From Takakia lepidozioides (taxonomy: Eukaryota > Plantae > Bryophyta), in assembly GCA_030704615.1 (NCBI GenBank), contig CM060731.1:69750001-69814000 (forward strand): a DNA stretch of 64,000 nt. Reading direction: 5' to 3'. This document shows positions 1-12,671 of the stretch, piece after piece (within the stretch, counting starts at the first letter, position 1; each line of letters begins with the position of its first letter). The translations under genes were made by a program, and so were the position numbers. Below the pieces are notes generated by a model, which did not search any database, had not been told where the DNA came from, and saw only the letters and a list, made by a program, of their open reading frames with translations.

Positions 1-3000
1 GTGAGACCTCAAGCCAAAGCTCAATAATATTTGCACCCTAGAGTTCAGGGAATTTTCACAGTAAAATGACCATGGGTGCCAACAAGCATAGCATGCTACA
101 TCACCTTCAAACTCTTGAGAAGTAGCTACACATTACCATAGAGCATGTAGGTAGTACATTGTTCCACACAAAAAAGAAGGGACAGAAGGGTCAGTACATG
201 TACCTCGAAGGAATATCTTCCTCAATCGCCCATACATACCCAGCTCCTCATAGGTCATGCCCATATCAATCTCATCGGTCTGAAAAAGCAACATACATGA
301 GAGCTGCGAGAGACGTATAGAGTTTGCACCACTGCATTGAAACATATTACATGCACCAGTTGTGAACAAATTTTTTCAGAACCAAGACTTTCTTCAGAAT
401 GTACAGTAAGATCTGAACAGATTCAAATAACCAGGATCCTCAGCCATCATGTCCACTGCTGTTTCAATGCTTTGAATTAGGGTGACTACTTCATAACAGA
501 TGGATCTATCAAGTTTCTGTTACAGCCAATTGATAAAAAGGGTGATATACCTGTGTGTACTTCTCTTTGATGGGCTCCAGTTTTGCTGTTGGCAGCGCAC
601 TTTCAACTTCTGCTAGGGTTGTGAACCCAAGGTTATCAGCAACCCACCTTAACGCCTGTCCCATAACAATTTGAATGTTGTAATCCAGCAATCACCCAAA
701 GGGTAGTGGAGCTAGGAAAAAGGAACGGTTGCATTGATGGTAGACCTTGGTGAGGTAGCCCCGAAGACCTTCATCAACATTTGCACTTCCAAGCACAAGC
801 AGGAAACCAGGCTTACTCTGCACCCATTGCATCAGAGAAGCTAGCCTAAACGCAATCACCATGTGAATAGTTGGAACGGTTGCATTGATGGTAAGATGAA
901 GACCTTGGTGAGGTAGCCCCGAAGACCTTCATCGACATTTGCGCTTCCAAGCACAAGCAGGAAACCAGGCGTACTCCGCACCCATTGCATGAGAGAAGCT
1001 AGCCTAGACGCAATCACCATGTGAATACGGCTTGTATGTTTTGCAAAGCTCTGTCTGTGTTCCTCCATGCACCTTATTTGCAGCCCATTGCCACCCCCAT
1101 CAGGACTTTGACTTCAAACCACATATGCATATCAAAGTAGCAACACAATTGAATCCTCTCGGGTCTGACACTCTCAAACGTGAGGTAGAAAGACACCGTT
1201 CGGTCACTCTCTGCGCAGTTTTTTAACAATAACATACTAGCACCCTCTCCAGAGAGTAAATGTATATTGTAGTTTGTGACCTCAGGTGTATATTCACTCA
1301 TACCATGTCAGAGAAAAACAACCTGATGCCAGACACAATATGGAAGGACAAAGTAGATCAACACATCTGATCGAGGTTATGGGAAACAAACAGGCTGAAG
1401 GAACTGAAAGACATATAAAAGAAACTGGTTGCTACTTTCTGTATCAGATGAAGATGGAGGGACGTGAAATACAGCTCAGAAGGCACCCGAGACAGGGCTA
1501 AGCCGTTGGCAGCAGAGATCGTTGCCTCACACTTAAAAGTCAATATTGATGTGGTCGTTAAAGCCTTGCTTGAATCACTATTTGACACTATGTTCCCTGG
1601 GAAGAAACTAAAGTACAAGGTATGGTCCTCATCTGAATGTTCAAAACATAGAGCTTTTCTGAAAAGGCGTGGACATTTTCACATATCATACTTCAAAGAG
1701 AGGGTGAGCTGAGCAGACCTATTCTCCGTGCCCATGTACACCGCATGCAGGAGTCGATATGCTTCAGCAGTTTTAGGTGCTTCATCCTTCTGATAGTTAC
1801 CAACACGATTGGCATCTGCAAGAACTTGCTTGTCGCCCTCCTTCTCCGCTGCATCAAAGTTCCAGGATAGTAAAGTAAGACTTGCACTCTTAATGTGGTA
1901 CTCAGGAGAACTTCATTTCCAACAGACCTGAAGAGAGTGCAGAGAGTAAAGATAACGAGCTGACACATACAGCCAACAATGGCAGCTACAGATGAGCTGT
2001 CAGCACCCCCTCGAAACTGGCAACATGTATCCCGTAGCCCCGATACCTGAACATCCCGTAGCCCCGAACCTGAGGGTACTCAGATGAACTTCATTTCCAA
2101 CAGACCTAGAGTGAAAAGAGAAGTAAAGAGAGGAAAGAGCGAGTTAGATGCAAACCTTTGACAACGAGCTGAAACATACAGCCAACAAAGGCAGCTAACG
2201 ACAAGCGGTCAGCACCCCCCAAAGTGGCAACAAGTATCCCGTAGTCCCGCTGCGGCAGAGATATTCCGAGAGCCAGCAAGCCGGACCAGGAGCTATTTCC
2301 TCGTATGGATCATGGTAGCACTCCGCAATATTCAGAATGCTCCATCAGAAGAAAAAAGCTACTACAGCTGGCCAAAGGAACAGGATGTACTTGAAAGGTG
2401 CTGAAGGTTCCTGTCGACATAGCTCTTTTGGACAGTGGCAAAGCAGTCCATCGTGCAGTGGAAGTTCAAAATAGTCTGTTAAGCCTTACAGGCCTGGTAG
2501 TTTCGAGATGCTACATCAGTAAAGGAAGAGCGCCTACTACAAGCATATGGATTCACCAAGGCCTTGAGCAAGTCACATGAGGAAGATTGGATTTGCAGAT
2601 ACATGCTGTGACCAATATACTCTTTGTCATCCAGATAAAAGATTGAGAGAGGAAATGAGAGTGCTTACGTATCCTCAAAGGCCAGGTAGCCATCACCAAA
2701 AGGAACAGTTTCTTGTCCAGTGACTTTCTTGATGCTCTCTGGAAGTTGTTGCGTCTCCAGCTGGCGTAGATGTATTAGATGATGGCCACCGGGTGGACCG
2801 GGCGAGGGGGGGCGCGTTTGTAGCCCCCGATGTCGCTATCAGAGCTATAATAGCCAAAGAAAACTTGCCACGTGGTGCATTATCTTGACAAGTGAGGGGC
2901 CAAACCCTGTGAAACGTTGGGTGGAAGCTATAATACAACCCCATGCCCGATTACGTTTCCGGGCAGCGGTAGTTTCCATCACTGGCTAGGTAAAGCTTGG

Positions 3001-3062
3001 GCTTTAAGGTCACTTGGGAATTTAAGGGTTAAGGGTCCAACACACAATCTTGAAATCACATC
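1..3062 (+). repeat. Segmental duplication, copy A (partner 53563-57211)
   Basis: Near-identical sequence at an offset of ~53,562 (e.g. identical ORFs 133..369 and 53695..53931). Similarity runs to ~3003/56568 and resumes briefly at 3032-3062/57181-57211. Confidence 0.97.
200..2330 (-). pseudogene. QNS1: Glutamine-dependent NAD(+) synthetase pseudogene, copy 1 (synthetase-domain exons; continues beyond window start)
   Basis: Exon peptides [96 protein letters not shown] and [22 protein letters not shown] match plant QNS1/NADSYN1. Frameshifts, duplicated exons and one inverted exon are present. Confidence 0.9.
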
Positions 3063-3429
3063 TATCAAGCGCCTCTCATTGTCGAATAATTGGGTCTTTA
3101 AGTTTCACGTGTGGGACAGGTAGCGTGGACAAAGGGTGGTTTTGGGTGGCCCCCTCGCGATCCACGACCCGGCCAGGGTCTGCTAGGTAAGGGTACGCCG
3201 CGAAGTAGGGTCCACCCTCCTAGGGCTGATAGCGGCTGTTTTCTAGGATAAGAAAAAAAAAAATCATTAATATAACAATAAGTAATAGGTACTGTGGTGG
3301 TTGGGAGAATTGATTCATATTCATGAGGTTGTGGGTTCGACTTTGGATGGTGTTCCATGTGCATTAATGATGGTTTTCTTTACATGCGAGTTATCTCGGA
3401 AAATCCTTTACGTCCCGAGGAGACCCCTG

Positions 3430-3870
3430 CAAACCCGGACCCATAGTGGTCCGGATATCAATCCGGATCCGGATCCGGCAGCTATTTGATATCCTGCTAT
3501 TATTTACATCCGGCGGATACATAAAACAGAGGATCGCTACCAGTCGGATATAAAAAAAGATTAATATCCGGATTGTATCCGGATATGTACCAAAAATACC
3601 GGATCTGAACCGGATACAAGAAAAAATAAACCAAATATTAAATTTAAAAAAAATTGTATTCGAATTGTAATGATTTAAATTGATTAAATGAAAAATTAAA
3701 AGATGTCTTTTCTATGATTCATACATCCGGATTACTCTATAACCGCCGGATATTATAATCTGAATATCCGGACTTATTTTTATCCAACAGATTTTTAAAA
3801 GCTTCTACTATGCATAACCGGCGGATATTCGAAATGCAGATTTTCCATATCCTGATCCGCGGGATATATC
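3430..3870. mobile_element. DNA-transposon/MITE subterminal remnant rich in (AT)CCGGAT motifs
   Basis: More than 10 CCGGAT/ATCCGG motifs in both orientations in an AT-rich context, as in hAT/MITE subterminal repeats. No TIR pair found. Confidence 0.45.
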
Positions 3871-5275
3871 ATTCTCTAATTTGTCGTTGCAGGATTGAGT
3901 GTCTCAGTTTGGACGTCATTGAGCAGTTTTATAGTGACTGTGCTTCATGTTATCTTTGCTTTGTTGCACAATATTTCATCTTTATTATCGAGGACATTGG
4001 TTCTTGTATACCACCTACAAGACCTATATAAGTAACAATTGTTTTGCAAATTGGATGAACTATAAGAATGTCATGGACATTTGAATCTCAAAACACTATT
4101 TGTCATTGGCACAGTTTTTCATGCTATGGATTCTAAAACATATATCTAGATGGAACCAATTGTGATAAGGACAAAAACCCATGTGAAGAAATTGTTTCAA
4201 TAGGTGAAAGTATTTTGGAAATCGATCAAACTTTTATCAAGCTATGGATTTGTTTATACACCAGAAAATATGTGTTTTTCATTAGTCAATCCCTATTGTC
4301 TTTTTGGGATTGGGGATATCATCTTTTACTAAAAAATATACAAACATATAATCTATGATGGCCGGGTAGTATGTGGACAAATGGTCATACGCTCTAAGAT
4401 TTTACTCCTTAAAGTTTTTTCCAATTAAAGATTAAAATTTATAATAAATAATATCTATAATATTTGGGGTTAGACCCTTTACTAAAGATGTTAAATACTA
4501 TGCTATTGTTTATCTTTATAAGAATCAAACTAAAAATATATGCTCCCAAAAAAAAAATTTTTGACTTTCATGGACGTCACCATCTGTCAAAAGTGAGACA
4601 CCCTATCCTGCATCTACCACATCCTATCACAAACTGCCACATCATAGGGTTGGGAGTCCATAGCATTTTTTCTCATGTTTCTCAACTTGCCTGGAGACAC
4701 TTACGAGATAGTAAGCAAAGTTGTAGCATGAAAGCAGAGAAACCACCAAAAACTAAGCGCAAGATTAAGCAATCCTAATGGAAGGAGAGTGGAGGCGGAA
4801 GAGATACTCTAGAGAGACATCCGAGATGAGCCCGAATTTTTCCATGCGCATAGCGTTTCGAACAACATTCTACTTGCGCATGAGCTCGTAGTAAGTAAGC
4901 TGTGAATGATCATCAATTTACACAGTCAAGTGGACGCCTTCCCCACTGGCATTGCGATGTCCTTCCCCTCCTATGTTTCTCAAGGCACCAGTGGTATGCG
5001 GTGTGGTGGAGGGAGCTTTGGCCTCATGCCCGAACAAGAGGAAGTATGGTCCCCGCTGCCGACCACCCCTTCTCATGATCACTATCTACTCCATGCCCTA
5101 TGGTTAGGTCTTCCTTCACAGCTCATCGATTAGTAGGGGATGGAAGGAAAAAACGGAAAACAAGAAGGGCGCGCGCCTAACCATTACAGACAAGCAAGGA
5201 GACCGGCCATAAATGCAATATAGGTTTGTTAGGGGCGAGGGGGGTGGTGGTGGGTGTGGGTGTAGGTGAAGTGTT

Positions 5276-6605
5276 GTGGCGTTTATGCACAAGGAGCCCG
5301 CGAAACAGCCTGTTTTCTGTGCCTGCACATCCACAGTGGCCCGTTGCATGGCAGCAATGCGTGGAACGATTTACCACCCTGAAAAGATTCAGGCACTAGA
5401 TGAAAAACTATGGCAAAGAGATGAAGAAACAGCCAGATTTGCTGGACAACTGAGGTCGCGTTGCCCCTACAACTCTTGCCATGGGGGCATGAAAAGGTTG
5501 AGGACCCACATCCGACACCACCTTGCGAAAAATTGAAGGGATCCCAGACTAAGGGTATCCCACCCAACAAACGACCCCGACTCTTTGGATGACGAGTGGA
5601 ACTCTGCCTATTTTGGGCAACATTGGAATGGTAGCCAACTGGACGACGACATGCAGATGGAACATGTTAGAATGTTGACTGATGCATTCCGCATCGAAGA
5701 TGAGGCTACTGATGCAAGTCGCGACGTTTTCCCATGTAGCCCTGCTTGTGGAGGCCCGGGTAGGACTTGGAGGGGACATTGTTCAAGTGCTGGAGGGTGG
5801 TCAAGAAGAAGATGAAGGTTATGGAGCTTCAATTGATACAGAAGATGATGAGTGGGATGAAGGCAATGATGCCCCGACATTGATCCCACTTATATGACGT
5901 TCGAGGAAGCTTTGCGGACTCCACTGTATGTTGGGAGTATTATCGACCGTCTTTCTTGCACTTTGATTCTGTTGAACACCTGCCAGACATTTGGAGTATC
6001 AGCAACATTCACAGATGAGCTGCTAACTCTTCTGAAGAGGAGTATACTTCCCTCAAATAACACTCTATTATCAACCAAGTACGAGGCATAAAAAATGATA
6101 CAAAAGCTTGGGCTTAGCTATAAGGTCATTCATGCCTGCAAAAAATGAGTGTGTGCTTTTCCGTGGTGCACTTAACACATTGCCCCCAGTGCCAAGAGCC
6201 CAGGTATGTGGACTTTGGCAGGAAGGCCAGTCATGTTAAGGTATTGCATCACTTCCCCCTAATACCAAGATTGAAGAGAATGTACAGCATTAAATGGCGC
6301 ATAGCTCGATTAATGACATGGCATGCAAGGAATGTTAGAACTGATGGTCATGTACGCCATGTTGTTGACAACAAGCAATGGAAGTCCATAGACAGTCTGT
6401 TTCTAGACTTTGTAGCTGAGATACGCAATGTACGGTTGGGCTTGACCTTGGATGGGGTGAACCCTTTATCAGATAAGCGATCTTTGGTCTACATGGCCTG
6501 TGGTACTTCTAAACTACAAGATTCCGCCGTGGCTTATAACTAAACGATTTTTCATGATGCTAGCCCTTATAATCCCTGGTCCTCAGAGCGTCACCAATGA
6601 AAACA
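5276..6605 (+). mobile_element. CACTA (En/Spm) Tnp2-family transposase pseudogene, 3'-truncated
   Basis: N-terminal RCPYNSCHGG..HIRHHL, then LGLSYKVIHAC, CPQCQEPRY, KVLHHFPLIPRLKRMY, RLMTWH, RNVRLGLTLDGVNP, WSTWPVVLLNYKIPPWL and MMLALIIPGP (Transposase_21 signature). Stops and frameshifts present. Confidence 0.92.
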
Positions 6606-7132
6606 CCAAGCTGGTTGTTCTTTTCCGATGAAACCACCAAGTTGGGATGGAAGCTGGTGCTTTATATAGATTCACGAGCTAAATGAGTTGTGGCTGAAAT
6701 CAATGAGGTGAGTCTAGATGAGAATGTAGATTTTATAGGTTTGAGGGAACCTACTCTGAATCTTCCAAATGTGGTACAAGAAGTATCTTTACAAGATGTG
6801 GTTGACCTTAATGCGAAAGAGACTCTTGAAGCAAGAATAATTCTTAGAGACATTTTTGCGTGTAGCAATACTGAGGAGGAAGAGGAGGAAGATTCTGAAG
6901 ATGGATATGATGATTGTTTATCAATGTCCGCATTTTTTTGGAGCTGCCTGACAGCCCCCCTTCCCAAATTTTGGGTCCTTCGTCATTCTTGAATACCCTT
7001 TACTGTCACGAGTGATTGTAGGCACTACAACCATAGTGATTGTGGGCATGTGAGTTATAGACACTACTCCAATCAACTACTAATCACAACCTATCAAAGT
7101 TGGTCACGTCAGCATTAAGGTCAACTGATCAA

Positions 7133-7355
7133 AGCTGGGGCTCCCGACAAGTGATGTGGGGACCTCTATTGAAGTGCGTTCTGCCAAAGGAGAAACACAA
7201 TTGGCGACGAGGTTGGCGTTCGATGTTCCTCTTCAGCTTGGGAGTTAGGAGGGACGTGAGAACTTCACCATTTGCGAGATCGATGGAGTGGATCTCATTT
7301 TGGGGATGACCTTTTTGAGCAAATCCGGAGCGGTCATAGATGGCCGCAAGATAAT
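7133..7355 (+). mobile_element. Ty3/gypsy aspartyl protease C-terminal half (host sequence interrupted by the giant MULE)
   Basis: Reads KLGLPTSDVGTSIEVRSAKGETQ...ENFTICEIDGVDLILGMTFLSKSGAVIDGRK. DLILGMxFL is the retroviral-type protease C-terminal motif. The frame continues at ~29049 after the insertion. Confidence 0.85.
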
Positions 7356-7398
7356 GGGGGGTGCTATTCCGTGAGCCCGGAGGCGTGAGCCTGTGAGC
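7356..7398 (+). repeat. Left terminal inverted repeat of the giant MULE
   Basis: CGTGAGCCC-GGAGG-CGTGAGCCTG-T-GAGC (7370-7398) matches the reverse complement of 28997-29025 at 24/29 positions with identical spacing. Confidence 0.8.
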
Positions 7399-7599
7399 CC
7401 AGGAGCCCAGCCACGGCTCACGCCACGTCAGTATGCATACAGGGCCTATTTCCGCGGGTGTCACTTATAACCGCGGGTTGATCAGCCCTTTCCAGGGAAT
7501 GCAGACTGGATGTGTTACATCCATTGTATCCATCTTTTCTATCCATTGCATCCATTTAGACGTTATTAACATATCAAGCCCTTGCATTGGAATGTGGCT

Positions 7600-8430
7600 A
7601 CGTCGTGAGCAAGTGCACCCTCACATCATCCAAAGCGTTTCCCTGCGAAATATTTTCTTACTCACCACCATTGCGAACATGTATAGTATGTGCGGGAGCA
7701 TCATGGATGCTCACCAGAAGAATGCCTGAACGATCTTTGATCACGTGGACTTTAACGTGATGGATTTACCATGCATTCTTCTGGCAGGAATGGTTTGGAG
7801 ACCGACGAGCAAATGATGCGAGAATGCTCTGCCCAAACCAAAGACGTTTGTTTGTTTTTGCAATTCATACAAAGCCTGTGAGCTCAGGAAAACCTAAAGA
7901 GTTGAAGGAACAATCTGGGCAGTCCATGCAACCCCCATCTCCAACGATAGTTTGGTTCCCAGGAATTTTGCTCACACACGCACACATTGCAAACAGGACA
8001 CAAGGACACACAACCATCCCTTTCAAAATTGGCCCGAATAAAAGTAAAAGAAAACTTTATCAAGCGTCACAGTCATCAAATCATAATCGACCTCCGTGGC
8101 TATGTCATCCACAAAGATCGGCCCCAACACCACTCTTCTACCACGGCCGTCGATGGTTGACTTCGAGTGCCATGAACAGACAGTTTTTGCTGTGAGTGCC
8201 TCCGCATAGACGGTAGCATGTAAGACTGAGGAGGACTTGAAAGAAGTCCAAAAATGTGTGATACCCTGGAGGGTCAGTGGAAAGCACATGGACTCCTGCC
8301 AAGTCGACAAAAACCCATTTTGAATACAATGATTCAATGCACAAGTCCAACGAAGAGGATGTCTCACATGTGCACTTTGCCTTAAGAACAGTGATTCTGG
8401 GTATTGAAACAAGAATGCAAGCATCCATAG
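7600..8430 (-). pseudogene. Unknown degenerate coding region downstream of the methyltransferase domain (C-terminal extension or separate cargo gene)
   Basis: Overlapping minus-strand ORFs 8023..8715 and 8138..8428, plus a Cys-rich stretch (CMDCPDC) near 7900-7990. No family recognised. Confidence 0.3.
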
Positions 8431-8539
8431 GTTGAACTTACTCACAGACAAAGTCGGAGTCGAGCTCCTTGTCGGACGTCTCCCCTGTATCAATATCACC
8501 GGGAAGGGGCTTCGGAAGGACTTGAGAAGTGTGTTCACT

Positions 8540-11500
8540 CCAACCCAAACCCATCGGAGGTTCTTGTAAATTTCGGCATCCCCTTCAATCCCGAAGAGAT
8601 GTCGCGCACTGGCCTTGCAAGCATGGTATGAGCACCTGCATGGAATAGAAGGAAGAAACAGACATTGAAGCTGACTCATTTGGAACGGTGGAAAGTGCTG
8701 AAAGTGCAAGCTCAAACAAACCCGATCAAATGTGAATGTTGAAGAGAGGAACCTGTGCCCATTGACAAATCCATAACTCTAGCGGCGGTGTAGGTGCAAC
8801 ACTCCACAATCATTTGAATGAAAGTCGGGCTCCTCTCCCTGGCCCCTCTCCAAGGAACCCCATTCCCCCTTCGCAAGCACACGTTGTTGTCCACGTAGTT
8901 GTGTGCATGTCATCCGTGGAGGATCTGTCCTCTCGTCTATGAACTTGCCCCCATGAGTGATGGCAAAACTCCCTAATGACGGCTGGAGTCGTAGGGGATG
9001 CACTCGGACGAGACAAACTACTGCTTCAAACAAACGAGTCGCGAACCAAAACATCCACAAGGAACTAAGAAGTTTGGAACCCAGGCCCCTCATATTCATT
9101 TGACCGACTTATGCAACTCCATCCGAGAACCCCAAGAATAGAAGGAATAAGAGGCAGATTTACCATCTCTCTCGGACGATCCCCCTTCGTCAGGTACAAT
9201 ATGTTCACACAATTCCATGTCTTCACGACCCTCATACCAGAGGCTTTCAAATAGCTGGCAAGTGCACGGCGACAGCGAAGGTCGAGGGACTGGATGAGCA
9301 CCAAAACACCTGCATCGGACAGAAAGAAATTGCAAAATGAGAAACCCACCACCGCCAGTAGCGCTCATCAAAACATTCCAACCTGACAAGCACACCGCTG
9401 GAGGGACATCCGAGACGGCAACCCGTCTAGGGATGTCCAAGATGATGTTTTCGGCTGCATATGGCTTCTCCTTCCCGTTCACCCATGATCTGGTCATTTT
9501 AGCCTGCAAAGAAGCATGCAATGAAATGCTCAAGAGGATTGAAACGAGCCATGCCCACAACACACAAGAGCAAAAGAGAACACGCACCGTGCTGGGAACT
9601 CCACAATCTCTCCCTCCCACACTGGTAATGGATTGCCCTTGTAATCAGATTTCTTGGACTCCATCATGGCAATGAACCCGACGTTAGCCATCTCCAACCT
9701 GGTAGGCGAATGACCCTCGTGGGATGCTCCACTGCTGGTACGGTCCTTAGGATCAACCACCCCCTTTTTCTTTCTCCCGGATCCCCTACCATGCGGTGGA
9801 GTCTCTTTGGTCTGCTGGACATCCGCCGCAGGGCCAGGTTCTGCAACACTTCCTTGCCCAACAACCTGCCTTTGCGCTCCCTTCCCCCTAACTCTTCATT
9901 TCCCCACACCGACAGCAACATCCTTTCCCTTTGCCTTTCTACCTTTACCCGGGGTATCCTGAGCGGAGGCTCCTTCTCTGCAAGTGTCCTCAAATTTCTA
10001 TCATGAATCTCGAGGTCGGCAGCCGCGGCGGTGGCTGCTACACGCTCATTCTCTCTCCTCAAAGACACCTCCTGCGCCGGGGTCTCAGAAACAGGGCAAT
10101 CCAAATACCAACCACAGGCAGAAAGATGGTCTAGGCCCCAGTCCTGCAAGATCCCCGTAGTAACATGGTCTGGTGCCAGCAGGAACTAGCCACAGGTCCA
10201 CGAAATCAGGATGTTTGTCCAAGCAGTTCTCTGCCATGAGAACATACTTTAGGTACCTGCAGGCACATAGACAACCTCATTATGCAATGCAACTATTGTC
10301 TCCCAGCTTTTCTACCACATCACGAAGACCCCCTAAAAGAGTATGCGGCACCGAACACTGTAACAACCACCGCACACAAAATAGCCTGAAATGGCCCAGG
10401 GTGTGCACGTTGGTGTTACTACACACGGATAGAGCAAATGAGTGTGCGGCACCGCACCTCCTATGAGCCAGCAAAAAACAGGTTGGATGGAGGAGAGTGT
10501 GTCTTTGCAAATCCAAAAGAAGCATAGTGTATTCGCACCTGTAAAGGCATCGTTTCCAAGCTTCCTCTCATTTCTCTTACTGGTCAAGCTCATTTGTTTG
10601 ACTGATGCCACTCTCCTTGTTGAACTCCCTGAAGAAACAAGATTGCCACATTGTGGCTCTCCATTTTCGCATGTATGCTTGGAAGGAGACCTTCGGTGCT
10701 GTCATGGTGATGCATAGTCAGCCAGTTGAGTATATGAACAGACTGGGCCCTTTCCCCTCCACTGCAAAACAATTCGAATGCAAGAATGACCAAAAATCAA
10801 TCACAACCATTGTAACTTGGAATGAGAACGACAGAAAAGCGAAATGAAAGTGACACAACAAAGGACATCATACCTGGCTCCAGTAAGTGGCCTTGTGAAG
10901 CCATGGTGTCCATCATATTGTCACTGACAGGAATGACACGCTGGGTCCTTCTTCTCTTCTTCTCTCCTCCTGGGGAACATGTGGTATCCCTAACAGTTGG
11001 ATCGGAGTTCCATATTTGTAGCCACTTCACCTTCTGTTCTAAAGACACAACGGCGGTAGACAACCTGTGCAACTTCTCATGGGCCATCTCCGGCTTGTCT
11101 GGCTTGTTGAAATGGTTTTTCAACTCTTGAAGAAATTGTGGTCCGAAGGATGGGTCGGCAATTCTCAACTGGTTCACAAAAGCCCTCATAATATTCGTTC
11201 TTGTGGCGGTCATCTCTTGCTTGATGTGACTCTCAACCCCCTTTGATTTCCCTCTCTCTCTGCAGGGGTAGAGCTGTAGTATTGCAGTTTGTCACGTTGT
11301 CCTGCATCTGTAATGTCCTTGCTGCAAGAGAATGCACGACAGTTGCTCACAAAAAAGGGCAGGGAAACAAACAGAAAGAAAGATATGGAAGCAGGAATAT
11401 CGACAGGCCAGATGATGGAAGATGTATCTCACTGCGTACATATACTCCATGAAAGCCTCAGGGGTCAACGAGTACCATGTTTCCGATGTCTTGGAGCTTT

Positions 11501-12340
11501 CGCACTTCTTGTACGTCTCTGCCGAAAGGATGGTCTTGAAGTTGGTCAAGGGCATCTGGCCGATCCTCTGTATCCTATACAGTGTGTGAACCAGACTCGT
11601 TTTGACATGCGATGTCTCCGTCCCTCTACAGCATGACGTGTGAAAGTCAGAATGAAATTCAAGACCGACAACAGTGGACTGGAACCAAAGAACCACCACG
11701 GAACCACAACTGGAACATGTAAAATCAGAAACCAACCTGTTCACATCATTAATTGCTATCAGAAGACCCATCATGTTCCCGTCACAATCCAGCACCATCG
11801 TTCGAACACAGTAATGCCACTCTTCCTCCTGTGAGTGCACCTCCAATAACACAGCCATCCATACAAGCAAACCGGTGGTTGCCATCCCATACGTGAAACA
11901 TCTTCCCTCAGAATGCTTGGGTCAAAGGTTTCCTGGAGAGAAGAAGTTCGAAAGATTTGTTTACCTGTCTCCAAATGGGATCCCAAGAGTCCACGATTGA
12001 CTCCTCCACAATGAACTCTTTGCCTCTTGAATCCCTAGTAGAAACATAAAAGACTCAGACTGCGGATCCATCCAATACCCATGAAAAAAACTCGGCCTCC
12101 AGCTTCTGGATGTCCTTGATAAGGGGTGGATGAACGATGGGCATGGAAACCAACCTACACAGGGGAATCTTCAACCTTCTACCCGGGGCAAGCATACTTT
12201 GCACCACAAGCTGAGAATTCACCTTCTGACCCCCTAGCATCTCGGCGACTTTGCTTTCATAGAACTCATCGTCCACACCAACAATGATCTCATTTTCCTA
12301 CCCTAAAGGGTTCTCATCCTCCACCCTTTGTATCTTCTCC
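8540..12340 (-). pseudogene. Intron-containing ParB/Srx-like domain + beta-class N4C/N6A DNA methyltransferase fusion gene (degenerate)
   Basis: N-term KIPLCRLVSMPIVHPPLIKDIQKLEAEF..FYVS..KMFHVWDGNHR (DGNHR at 11872-11886). MTase motifs in beta order: ENIILDIP (motif IV-like, ~9430-9452), FCNFFLSDAGVLVL..ALASYLKASGMRVVKTW, PWRGARERSPTFIQMIVECCT..RVMDLSMGTG|(A)SYHACKASARHLFGIEGDAEIY. GT-AG introns at 11626-11736, 9065-9163 and 8636-8752. Confidence 0.75.
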
Positions 12341-12671
12341 TGCATGGATGTTCATTCAAATTGACATAAGAGAGAGGTCAGACACAATTTGCAGTGCCGA
12401 ACACTGTACAGAGCTTCAAACACATACATTTTCCGTGTTCACAAAGCTTCAAATGTGCTTCAAAGTTTCAAAAAGAATCAAGTTGGCTTCCTATTTCTTG
12501 CTTCCATTTGTCCTCTGTTTAAAGCAAGAGAGAGATTGAATAGTTCATTCCAAACCAAATAGAACACTTAATAGGGTTTCAAGAATGTAGACCAGAGTGA
12601 CTATTCTGTGCTTACAGGTTGATTGAAGCCTGATAGATAGAGTTGGGTGAATAAAATACAAAGGGCCTGAG

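Noticed and set aside
6610-6992. Acidic ORF 6690..6992, possibly a hAT transposase tail
   Set aside because: No diagnostic motif, so it cannot be assigned.
7023-7038. CACTACAACCATAGTG as a CACTA end belonging to the Tnp2 remnant
   Set aside because: No subterminal repeats, wrong orientation for a 3' end, and a short match.
8255-8280. STDPPGY as the MTase catalytic DPPY motif
   Set aside because: It is not DPPY and lies downstream of the SAM-binding motifs. The upstream IILDIP occupies the motif IV position expected for the beta order.
8540-12340. Bacterial contamination as the source of the ParB-MTase
   Set aside because: The gene has GT-AG introns, including one splitting the GxG motif, and sits inside a plant TE nest.
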